Translations under genes and position numbers: made by a program
Shown here: in pieces, positions 9,699-17,644 of the stretch
Layout: each line of letters begins with the position of its first letter
Numbering within the stretch: the stretch's first letter is position 1
The notes under the pieces: model-generated
Told to the model about the DNA's origin: nothing
Seen by the model: the letters and a program-made list of their open reading frames with translations, nothing else
Database searches by the model: none
Assembly: GCA_964573245.1 (NCBI GenBank)
Contig: CAZNJA010000019.1
Location: forward strand, 1-19,489
Reading direction: 5' to 3'
DNA length: 19,489 bases
Source: an uncultured bacterium
GTDB taxonomy: Bacteria; CAIJMQ01

Positions 9699-10445
9699 AT
9701 GAAAACTTTCCTAAATGTTTTGTGTACTGTGTTATTTATTTTAGTTTTTTCGCAGGTTGCTTTTACTTTAGATGAAGAAGAGCCACGTTTAATCACGGTT
9801 ACAGGCGATGCTGAAGTAAGAGTTGTGCCTGATGAGGTTATTCTTACTCTTGGTGTAGAAACATCAAACAAGGATTTAAACGTTGCCAAAAAAGAGAATG
9901 ATGAAAAAGTAAAAGGGGTAGTTGAAGTTGCAAAGAAATACAAAATAGAAGGTAAACACATACAAACCGATTATATTAGCGTTGAGCCGCGATATAAATC
10001 CCAGTGGGAACAGAAAACATTTGTCGGTTATTTTGTAAGAAAATCAATTGTTATTACTTTAAAAGATACTTCAGAATTTGAAAATGTCTTAAGCAGTGTA
10101 CTTAATGCAGGAGCAAATTACGTCCACGGTGTTCAGTTCCGCACTACAGAACTTCGCAAATATAGAGACCAAGCACGAGCTCTTGCAATTAAGGCAGCCC
10201 AAGAAAAAGCCAATGCATTAGCCAAAGAATTGGGCCAAAAAGTAGGTAAACCTTATAAAATCAATGAAAATCATGTTGGGTCATGGTCATGGTATAACAA
10301 CTGGTGGGGTTCCCGCTGGGGAGGAGCAATGACTCAGAATGTCATACAGAATGTAGGCGAGTCATCTTCTGCAATGGACAGCACAATAGAATTGGGACAG
10401 ATAAATGTTAATGCAAAAGTTACAGTCAGCTTTGAGCTTGAATAA
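9699..10445 (+). CDS. SIMPL domain (DUF541) exported protein
   Basis: Signal peptide; ITVTGDAEVRVVPD, IQTD.ISVEPRY, AIKAAQEKA.ALA..LG, terminal V.A.VTVSFEL; SD AGGAGG. Confidence 0.9.
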   Translation: MKTFLNVLCTVLFILVFSQVAFTLDEEEPRLITVTGDAEVRVVPDEVILTLGVETSNKDLNVAKKENDEKVKGVVEVAKKYKIEGKHIQTDYISVEPRYKSQWEQKTFVGYFVRKSIVITLKDTSEFENVLSSVLNAGANYVHGVQFRTTELRKYRDQARALAIKAAQEKANALAKELGQKVGKPYKINENHVGSWSWYNNWWGSRWGGAMTQNVIQNVGESSSAMDSTIELGQINVNAKVTVSFELE

Positions 10446-10475
10446 AATTTGGCTTTTTGGGTGGGGGAAAAATAC

Positions 10476-10510
10476 AGTTATAAGTTTTAAGTGGTAAGTT
10501 ATAAGTAGAA
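10476..10510. repeat. 7-nt tandem repeat AGTnnnA x5
   Basis: AGTTATA AGTTTTA AGTGGTA AGTTATA AGTAGAA. Confidence 0.6.
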
Positions 10511-10521
10511 AGGAGAACACA

Positions 10522-10902
10522 TTGAAGATATTTCCGGACAAATTGACAGATAGTGAATATGTAGAACGCATTAGAGTTTCTTTAAAAAGACGCTGGATAA
10601 AATTTTATATCTTTTTGGGGATAAGTATGGTGTTTTTCGCTATTGTATATTTTCTTGGTAGAGATTTGTTTAGTAAAGTCATAAGTTTATGTAATGCTAT
10701 AACTGCCCAATCAATTCCTAATGTACCTCCAGACAGTAAAACATTAATATTGATAGGTATAGTTGCTGGTACATTAATCGCTGTTCTCTTATTTACAGCG
10801 GGTAGTTTCTTGGTTCAGACTATGGAAATCGCTTTTAGTAATCGTAAAGACCAGATGCTTGTTAAATATTTTGATGAAGCTAACAAAAACAAGAATTCTT
10901 GA
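10522..10902 (+). CDS. Hypothetical 2-TM membrane protein
   Basis: TTG start with SD AAGGAG; two hydrophobic segments. Confidence 0.7.
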   Translation: MKIFPDKLTDSEYVERIRVSLKRRWIKFYIFLGISMVFFAIVYFLGRDLFSKVISLCNAITAQSIPNVPPDSKTLILIGIVAGTLIAVLLFTAGSFLVQTMEIAFSNRKDQMLVKYFDEANKNKNS

Positions 10903-10926
10903 CTTTTTAGTTGTAAAGAGTAGAAT
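10899..10926 (+). promoter_or_regulatory. Putative sigma70 promoter upstream of cas12a
   Basis: TTGACT (10899-10904), 16 nt, TAGAAT (10921-10926); each box 5/6 consensus. Confidence 0.65.
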
Positions 10927-10932
10927 TAGTGA

Positions 10933-11054
10933 AAGTTTAATAGTCCTGAGTTTCGAAGGGGGAACCTGGACATTAAAACCAGTTAAAAGTTGGTCCGCCA
11001 AATTTTTAGTGGTGGAAAGAAAAACCTTCGCTTGAAAAAGGCGAAGGTTTTTTT
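10933..11054 (+). ncRNA. Putative structured leader RNA / sRNA upstream of cas12a (family not recognised)
   Basis: Three consecutive hairpins (10936-10977, 10978-10994, 10994-11016) between the promoter and an intrinsic terminator. Confidence 0.5.
11020..11054 (+). terminator. Rho-independent terminator 36 nt upstream of the cas12a start
   Basis: AAAAACCTTCGC / GCGAAGGTTTTT stem, GAAA loop, T7 tract at 11048-11054. Confidence 0.85.
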
Positions 11055-11090
11055 ATTTGCGTATTTAAATAAATCGCAAAGGAGGTCTTT

Positions 11091-14000
11091 ATGAGTATGA
11101 ATGATTTTGTGGGGAAGTATGCTTTATCAAAAACACTGAGATTTGAATTAAAGCCGTGGGGTGAAACAGCGGAAAAAATCGAGGATTTCAAGAACAAAGC
11201 CATCGTATCAATTGTTGGGCAGGACAGGCAAAGGGCAGAAGATTACAAAAGAATCAAAAAAATTATAGATGATTATCATCGGGGCTTTATTGAACGGGTG
11301 CTTAGACAAGAGATACTACCAGAAGATGATATTCAAAAGGCATTCGTCGCATATATAGCTTTTAAAGGTTCAAAAGATGATGCTAAAAAGAAACAATACC
11401 AGGCTGTTCAAAAAAAACTTAGAATGAAAATAGCCAAAGCATTCGAAAACCAGTTTGGTGCATACAGCTTGTTTGATGCCGGGTTGCTAAATAAAAAAGG
11501 TTCCGGTAAAAATAAAATAAAAGGCGTTCTCTGGCACTGGCTTAAATACCGGCTCAATAAAAAGGAAATTAGTCAGCAGGAATTTAGCGAAGCAGAAAAT
11601 CTAGTAAAAAACTTCGATAAGTTTTCCACCTATTTCAAGGGCTTTAATGAAAACAGGAAAAATATCTATTCAGCCAAGGAACAACAGACAGCTATCAGTT
11701 ACAGAATTGTCCACGATAATATGGTCAGGCATTTTAACAACTGTCTGAGCTTTGAGGCAATTCAGCAAAATCATAAAACCCTTGCGGGACAATTGAAAAA
11801 TTATTCTGATGTTTTTACTGAAGTAGCTTTTAAGAACTATTTAGGCCAAAGCGGAATTGACAGTTACAACGAAAAGATAGGACACAAATCCGATGACATA
11901 AATGCTAGAGGCGTAAATCAGATGATTAATGAGTATTGTCAGAAAAACAGCACTAATGATAAAAAGATTAAACTGCCGAAAATGGCAATACTATATAAGC
12001 AAATCTTGAGCGATGTTGAGGACAAGTTTAAAATCGATGCCTTTGAGAATGACAGGCAAATGCTTGAAACAATAGAGCAATTCTATCAGGAAATTAAAAA
12101 TGATTTGGATGATTTAGAAAACTGTTTAGGGCAATATCTTACGGTGCATAATCTTGGCAAAATAAATTTAAAAAAGGACTCTCTGATAGATATATCACGA
12201 AGGCTCTTCGGGAATTGGGGCTTCGTAAACTCCGCATTGGAAAAATATGCGGACGAGATATTAAAACTAAACAAAAATAAAAAAGAAAAATGGCTCAAGC
12301 AGGAAACTTTTTCAATCGATGAAATTCAAAAAGCATTGAATAGAGCTGTAGAGGGTACAGAACATAAAACACTTGCTCAATATTTTTCAGATTTAAAAGT
12401 TTACGACAAGGGGAAAGAAGAATGCTTGATAAAACGGGTCGAAAACGCTTATAAGGATGCTGAAGAAGTGTTATCACTCAGCGAGTTAGATAAAGACCGC
12501 CACGAACCAAGAGACGGGAAAGAAGGAGGCAAAGGATTTCTCCAGATCGAAAAAATAAAGGAACTACTGGATTCAATTATGGCATTTGTTCAGTTCGTTA
12601 AGCCGCTTTACTTATTCAAAGGCGGCAAAGCTATCGAAATAGGCGATAAACACACCGATTTTTACGATACATTTGATGTCTTATACAAACGAATCTCGTC
12701 CGTAATCGGGATTTACAACAAAACACGAAACTATGTTACCAAGAAGCCTTATTCAACGGAAAAGTTTAAGATAAATTTTGAGACCTCTACATTGTTTGAC
12801 GGCTGGGATGTAAATAAAGAGACCGCCAATTCTGGCATTTTGCTTTTGAAAAACGGAAAGTATTATCTTGGCATAATAAAAAAAGATGCAACAGATATAT
12901 TTAACTATATACTTAAAGCTGATGATTCAGATAATAAAAAGCAAGCCAAAAAGATTTTAAAACAGCAAATTGTTGCAAGTAGTTCAGAAGATTATTATGA
13001 AAAGATGATTTACAAATTATTACCTAGCCCATCGAAAATGCTTCCAAAAGTATTTTTTGCTGATTTGAATATAGCGCACTATAATCCATTAAAGGAGATT
13101 TTAGAAATAAGAGAAAAAGGGTTATATAAAAAGGAGTCAAACAATCCAAAAGCAATGCGACAATGGATTGATTTCCTTAAGGGATCCATTAAAAAACATC
13201 CTGAATGGGGTTCATATTTCTCTTTTGATTTTTCCCCTACTTCCCAATATACCGATATAAGCGGATTCTATAAAGAAGTTGCAGAACAGGGATATAATAT
13301 ATCTTTCGATAAAATTAAGACAAGCTATATAAACGAAAAGGTCAAGAACGGAGAATTGTATTTATTTGAGATTTATAACAAAGATTTTTCCCCTTACAGC
13401 AAAGGCAGACCTAATCTGCACACAAGTTATTGGAAATTGCTTTTTAGCCGAAAAAACCTCGATAATCTTGTATTAAAACTAAACGGAGAAGCTGAAATCT
13501 TTTGCCGACCTGCTTCAATCAAAAAAAATGGGACCACTATTCACAAAGCAGGGCAACAGATTAGCAACAAAAATCCTCTTAACCCTAAAAAACAAAGCAA
13601 ATTTGCTTATGATATTGTAAAAGATAGAAGGTTTACACGGGACAAATTCTTTTTCCATTGCCCGATTACACTTAATTTCAGGGCAGCATCAATAGCAGGT
13701 AGATTCAACGATGCTGCAAATAAATATCTCAAAGATGATCCCAACGTTAACATTATCGGCATAGATAGGGGGGAAAGGCACTTGCTTTATTATTCGGTTA
13801 TAAATAAAAACGGTCAAATATTAAAGCAGGGAAGTCTCAACTCTATTACCAACAGTTACAATAGCAATAGTAAAAATGTGGAAATAAAAATAGATTACCG
13901 CCAACTATTGAATGGAAAAGAAAAGCAACGCGATATCGCCAGAAAGTCCTGGTCAACAATCGAAAATATAAAGGAATTGAAGAGCGGATACCTTTCTCAT

Positions 14001-14930
14001 ATTGTCCATAAGATAGCCCTGCTGATGATTAAATATAATGCGATTGTTGTCTTGGAAGACTTGAATTTTGGGTTTAAGAGGGGAAGATTCAAAGTCGAAA
14101 AGCAGGTTTATCAGAAATTCGAAAAAGCCCTTATTGACAAACTCAATTACCTTGTTTTTAAAGATAGAAGATCGGGCGAAGCAGGACATTACTTAAAGGG
14201 TTATCAATTAACGGCCCTATTTGATAGCTTCCAAAAATTGGGAAAACAAAGCGGCTTTCTGTTTTATGTGATGTCGCATTATACTTCGAAAATAGACCCG
14301 ATAACGGGTTTTGTAAACTTGTTTGGGGCCACTTATGAAAGCATCAGAAAATCACAGGAGTTTTTCAGGAAATTCAACAATATCGTTTATAACGTCCAAA
14401 AGGATTATTTTGAATTTTCCTTTAATTATGCAAATTTTTTCCCGGATAAATCCGGTTCAAAAAAGAAATGGACCGTATGCACGGCAGGTAAAGAAAGATA
14501 CAGATACAACAAAGATAATAAAGAATATATTTGTTGCGATGTTACGGAAGAATTCAAACGGCTGTTAAAAGATAATGGTATCAATTACGAAAATGGTGGA
14601 AATATTATAAAAGCAATCACAAATAAAGAGGAAAAATCATTCTTCCAAAGATTGCATTTTTTGTTAAGCATGACTTTGCAATTACGTCATATATACAAAG
14701 ATGGCGATGAGGAAAAAGATTTTATCCTTTCGCCTGTTGCGGATAAGGATGGCAATTTCTTTGATTCCCGAAAGGCAAAAGAAAACCAGCCGCAAAATGC
14801 TGACGCCAACGGGGCATACAATATTGCAAGAAAAGGGCTTATGGTTTTGGAGCGTATAAGAACGGAAGGTAAGCCCGGCATTATAAAAAATGCTGAGTGG
14901 TTTGATTTTGCTCAGGGCGTGAGGAAATAA
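11091..14930 (+). CDS. cas12a: Type V-A CRISPR effector Cas12a (Cpf1), 1279 aa
   Basis: N-terminal Y.LSKTLRFELKP; FSTYFKGFNENRKNIYS; YNKTRNYVTKKPYSTEKFKINF; KMLPKVFF; RuvC motifs IIGIDRGERHL, VVLEDLNFGFKRGR, NADANGAYNIARKG intact; SD AAGGAGGT. Confidence 0.98.
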   Translation: MSMNDFVGKYALSKTLRFELKPWGETAEKIEDFKNKAIVSIVGQDRQRAEDYKRIKKIIDDYHRGFIERVLRQEILPEDDIQKAFVAYIAFKGSKDDAKKKQYQAVQKKLRMKIAKAFENQFGAYSLFDAGLLNKKGSGKNKIKGVLWHWLKYRLNKKEISQQEFSEAENLVKNFDKFSTYFKGFNENRKNIYSAKEQQTAISYRIVHDNMVRHFNNCLSFEAIQQNHKTLAGQLKNYSDVFTEVAFKNYLGQSGIDSYNEKIGHKSDDINARGVNQMINEYCQKNSTNDKKIKLPKMAILYKQILSDVEDKFKIDAFENDRQMLETIEQFYQEIKNDLDDLENCLGQYLTVHNLGKINLKKDSLIDISRRLFGNWGFVNSALEKYADEILKLNKNKKEKWLKQETFSIDEIQKALNRAVEGTEHKTLAQYFSDLKVYDKGKEECLIKRVENAYKDAEEVLSLSELDKDRHEPRDGKEGGKGFLQIEKIKELLDSIMAFVQFVKPLYLFKGGKAIEIGDKHTDFYDTFDVLYKRISSVIGIYNKTRNYVTKKPYSTEKFKINFETSTLFDGWDVNKETANSGILLLKNGKYYLGIIKKDATDIFNYILKADDSDNKKQAKKILKQQIVASSSEDYYEKMIYKLLPSPSKMLPKVFFADLNIAHYNPLKEILEIREKGLYKKESNNPKAMRQWIDFLKGSIKKHPEWGSYFSFDFSPTSQYTDISGFYKEVAEQGYNISFDKIKTSYINEKVKNGELYLFEIYNKDFSPYSKGRPNLHTSYWKLLFSRKNLDNLVLKLNGEAEIFCRPASIKKNGTTIHKAGQQISNKNPLNPKKQSKFAYDIVKDRRFTRDKFFFHCPITLNFRAASIAGRFNDAANKYLKDDPNVNIIGIDRGERHLLYYSVINKNGQILKQGSLNSITNSYNSNSKNVEIKIDYRQLLNGKEKQRDIARKSWSTIENIKELKSGYLSHIVHKIALLMIKYNAIVVLEDLNFGFKRGRFKVEKQVYQKFEKALIDKLNYLVFKDRRSGEAGHYLKGYQLTALFDSFQKLGKQSGFLFYVMSHYTSKIDPITGFVNLFGATYESIRKSQEFFRKFNNIVYNVQKDYFEFSFNYANFFPDKSGSKKKWTVCTAGKERYRYNKDNKEYICCDVTEEFKRLLKDNGINYENGGNIIKAITNKEEKSFFQRLHFLLSMTLQLRHIYKDGDEEKDFILSPVADKDGNFFDSRKAKENQPQNADANGAYNIARKGLMVLERIRTEGKPGIIKNAEWFDFAQGVRK

Positions 14931-14939
14931 GTATTTATT

Positions 14940-15497
14940 ATGGAAAGTTATATACAGATATCGTATCTGAATGATTTTGTCTTCTGTCCGAGGTCGATAT
15001 ATTTTCACCAACTACACGGAAAATTGACGACGCGGTTATATCACGATACATCCCAGATAGAAGGGAAAGCAGCTCATTCGGCAATAGAGGAAAAGCGCTA
15101 TTCTACTAGCAAAAAGATATTGCAGGGAATAGATGTATATTGCGAAAAATACCGTATCTGCGGAAAAATTGATTTATTCGATGTGGAAGAAGGGCTTTTG
15201 ACAGAGAGAAAAAAGCATATAACCAACATTTATGACGGTTATGTTTTTCAGCTTTATGCCCAGTATTACGGCTTAACGGAAATGGGCTACAATGTTAAAA
15301 GAATGCGATTCTACAGTTGTGATGACAATAAAACGTATCCTGTAAAATTGCCATGTGAAGATGAAAAAATGCAAAAGGCTTTTGAGGATATTATCGATAA
15401 AATAAATTCATACGATTTGGAAAATTTTGTTCAGACAAACAGAAAAAAATGCGAAAAGTGCATATATGAACCTCTTTGTGACCAATCATTATGTTAA
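14940..15497 (+). CDS. cas4: CRISPR-associated exonuclease Cas4 (type V-A)
   Basis: LNDFVFCPRSIYFH, GKID..ERKK, QLYAQY, C-terminal CEKCIYEPLC (1+3 Cys Fe-S ligands). Confidence 0.95.
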   Translation: MESYIQISYLNDFVFCPRSIYFHQLHGKLTTRLYHDTSQIEGKAAHSAIEEKRYSTSKKILQGIDVYCEKYRICGKIDLFDVEEGLLTERKKHITNIYDGYVFQLYAQYYGLTEMGYNVKRMRFYSCDDNKTYPVKLPCEDEKMQKAFEDIIDKINSYDLENFVQTNRKKCEKCIYEPLCDQSLC

Positions 15498-16453
15498 CAG
15501 CTCCTGATTTTAAACAAAAACAGATAATATTCGTGTTAACCAGCGAAGGCGACGAGCTGAGTTTTAAGAACGACAATATAATTATAAAGGATGTCGACGG
15601 CACAATTAAACATCAATCGACATGTTATCGCCTTTTTGCGCTTTTCGTAGCGGGACATATCTGCATCACAAGCGGTTTATTGCAAAGGGCGGAGAAATTT
15701 GGATTCTCGATTGTTTTTATGACTGCGTATTTGCGGGTTTACGGTTTCTGGGGTGTGAACGAGAAAGGCAATGTTCTGCTTCGGAGAAAGCAATATGAGT
15801 ATAAAGGGCTTGAAATAGCCCGGTGTATTGTTTCAAACAAAATAAATAACCAGCTTGAAACGCTTAAATCTATAAGACAGAAATCAAGGGATATTCAAGA
15901 AGCAATTATAAATATTACAAAATATCAGAAGCGTTCGCCTAAAAGTATTTTAACATTGCAGGATTTACTGGGATACGAGGGTATTGTTTCGAAAATTTAT
16001 TTCAATGCTTTATTTAACGAATGCGGATGGACTGCGCGCAGGCCAAGAGTCAAACACGATGCAACAAACTGCCTGCTGGATATTGGCTATACCCTGCTTT
16101 TTAATATAGTGGAGGCATTACTGGATATTTACGGTTTCGATTTGTATCAGGGCGTTTATCATCGGGAATTTTATCAGAGAAAGTCACTGGTCTGTGATTT
16201 AGTGGAACCAATTAGGCCTGTAATAGACAGGCAAATACGCAAGGCATATAATTTAGGGCAGATAAAAGAGGATGATTTTGAAATAGTTAATGACCAGTTC
16301 CGGTTATATGGCAAAAAATCCAAACCTTACATCGGCTGGCTTATGGAAGAGTTGTTGTCACATAAGAAGAATATGTTTTTGTTTATACAGGGTTATTACA
16401 GGGCATTTATGAAAGATGCTCCGATAAACCAATATCCTCAATTCAATCTTTAG
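15491..16453 (+). CDS. cas1: CRISPR-associated integrase Cas1 (type V-A)
   Basis: LLGYEG..SKIYF, RRPRVKHD.TN.LLDIGYTLL, GVYH...YQRKSLVCDLVEP.R. Confidence 0.96.
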   Translation: MLTAPDFKQKQIIFVLTSEGDELSFKNDNIIIKDVDGTIKHQSTCYRLFALFVAGHICITSGLLQRAEKFGFSIVFMTAYLRVYGFWGVNEKGNVLLRRKQYEYKGLEIARCIVSNKINNQLETLKSIRQKSRDIQEAIINITKYQKRSPKSILTLQDLLGYEGIVSKIYFNALFNECGWTARRPRVKHDATNCLLDIGYTLLFNIVEALLDIYGFDLYQGVYHREFYQRKSLVCDLVEPIRPVIDRQIRKAYNLGQIKEDDFEIVNDQFRLYGKKSKPYIGWLMEELLSHKKNMFLFIQGYYRAFMKDAPINQYPQFNL

Positions 16454-16461
16454 AGGCCTTT

Positions 16462-16737
16462 ATGATGATAGTTTCGTATGACATTGCAAACGACAAGCTA
16501 CGTAACAGCTTTGCAAAATTTTTAAAAAAGTTCGGTTTTCGCTTGCAATATTCAGTTTATCAGATTAAAAACAGTAAACGCGTTTTAGACAATATCACCG
16601 CAGAAATAAATTCTTATTATGGGAAAAAGTTTTGCCAGACCGATAGTGTTATAATTCTCCAGTTGAGCCAACAATGCAAAAAGACTTGCTTTGGTTATGC
16701 AGCAAATGAAAACGATGAATTTATGATAATAGATTAA
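16462..16737 (+). CDS. cas2: CRISPR-associated endoribonuclease Cas2
   Basis: IVSYDIANDKLR..FAKFLKKFG.RLQYSVY; 91 aa, follows cas1. Confidence 0.96.
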   Translation: MMIVSYDIANDKLRNSFAKFLKKFGFRLQYSVYQIKNSKRVLDNITAEINSYYGKKFCQTDSVIILQLSQQCKKTCFGYAANENDEFMIID

Positions 16738-16837
16738 GAGTTATGCAAACCTTGGTCTTAATATGAAAAACTATAAAGGAAGTGCGTTTTCTTTTTGGGA
16801 TGTTTGTTTCATCCCGCTTTATTTTTCGAGTACAGCT
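16738..16837 (+). promoter_or_regulatory. CRISPR leader
   Basis: 100-nt AT-rich non-coding segment between cas2 and the first repeat; the degenerate repeat is at the opposite end of the array. Confidence 0.75.
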
Positions 16838-17431
16838 GTCTAATAGACAGAGTAAATTTCTACTATTGTAGATCATTCCCATTATCTGCCATAAAATCGT
16901 CTAATAGACAGAGTAAATTTCTACTATTGTAGATGGCATTATTTCCCCCCTTCCTTGAGGTCTAATAGACAGAGTAAATTTCTACTATTGTAGATCCATT
17001 ATCTGTATATCAAGATGATATTGTCTAATAGACAGAGTAAATTTCTACTATTGTAGATTCCTACAAGATTTTCATAGTAGGATTGTCTAATAGACAGAGT
17101 AAATTTCTACTATTGTAGATCATATATACCGCACTGCCCGTAAAAGTCTAATAGACAGAGTAAATTTCTACTATTGTAGATTAATATCAACGTTCAGTAT
17201 AGACAAGTCTAATAGACAGAGTAAATTTCTACTATTGTAGATTCTTACCGCAAAACGGACAAGGTTTTGTCTAATAGACAGAGTAAATTTCTACTATTGT
17301 AGATATTATAGTATATCAGATATATTTACGTCTAATAGACAGAGTAAATTTCTACTATTGTAGATGCAGGGCGAGGATTATCAGTCAATAGAAAGGTCTA
17401 ATAGACAGAGTAAATTTCTACTATCGAAAAG
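16838..17431 (+). CRISPR. Type V-A CRISPR array: 36-nt repeat GTCTAATAGACAGAGTAAATTTCTACTATTGTAGAT, 9 identical copies + 1 degenerate terminal copy, 9 spacers of 25-30 nt
   Basis: Repeat starts 16838, 16899, 16960, 17023, 17085, 17146, 17207, 17269, 17330, 17396 (last diverges after 17424); 3' AATTTCTAC-TATT-GTAGAT is the Cas12a handle. Confidence 0.99.
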
Positions 17432-17462
17432 TCGAAAATCAAGTTCAGGTATTCTTTCCCTT

Positions 17463-17486
17463 ACTCTCAACTCTAAACTCTCAACT
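17463..17486. repeat. 7-nt tandem repeat ACTCT(C/A)A x3
   Basis: ACTCTCA ACTCTAA ACTCTCA ACT. Confidence 0.55.
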
Positions 17487-17537
17487 GTTCCCTAATTAGG
17501 AATTTTTTTCTTTAGGGTTTTGACTTATCACTTATAA

Positions 17538-17605
17538 TCCGCCTCGCCCGCCATAATATATGGCGAGGCGGGCGAGATCTCCTTCCGATGTTATATCGGA
17601 ACGGA
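17538..17605. repeat. Cluster of GC-rich palindromes downstream of the array
   Basis: CGCCTCGCCCGCCATA..TATGGCGAGGCGGGCG and TTCCGAT-GTTAT-ATCGGAA. Confidence 0.6.
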
Positions 17606-17644
17606 CTTATAACTATCCAATCATTTCTGCTAAAATACCGCATT

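Noticed and set aside
10936-10950. PyrR binding loop (TTTAA..AGTCCTG)
   Set aside because: Lacks the following NGAGGYT needed for the PyrR hairpin, and there are no pyr genes downstream
10946-10966. c-di-AMP (ydaO) riboswitch-like CTGAG..GGGGGAACC
   Set aside because: Only a short resemblance; the second GGGG-TGAAT half of the aptamer is absent
11000-11019. Degenerate CRISPR repeat (crRNA-like autoregulator) upstream of cas12a
   Set aside because: About 13/20 identity in AT-rich sequence, and the TCTAC/GTAGA stem is not preserved
14950-14960. Self-targeting of cas4 by spacer 3 (ATATACAGATA)
   Set aside because: Only 11 AT-rich nt match, which is compatible with chance
7062-15603. Short minus-strand and alternate-frame ORFs overlapping the accessory and cas genes (e.g. 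11006-11203, 12086-12477, 14323-14568)
   Set aside because: Fully overlap confident CDSs or the leader; no motif or RBS support noticed
17432-17644. tracrRNA/anti-repeat downstream of the array
   Set aside because: No complementarity to the repeat found, and type V-A does not need one
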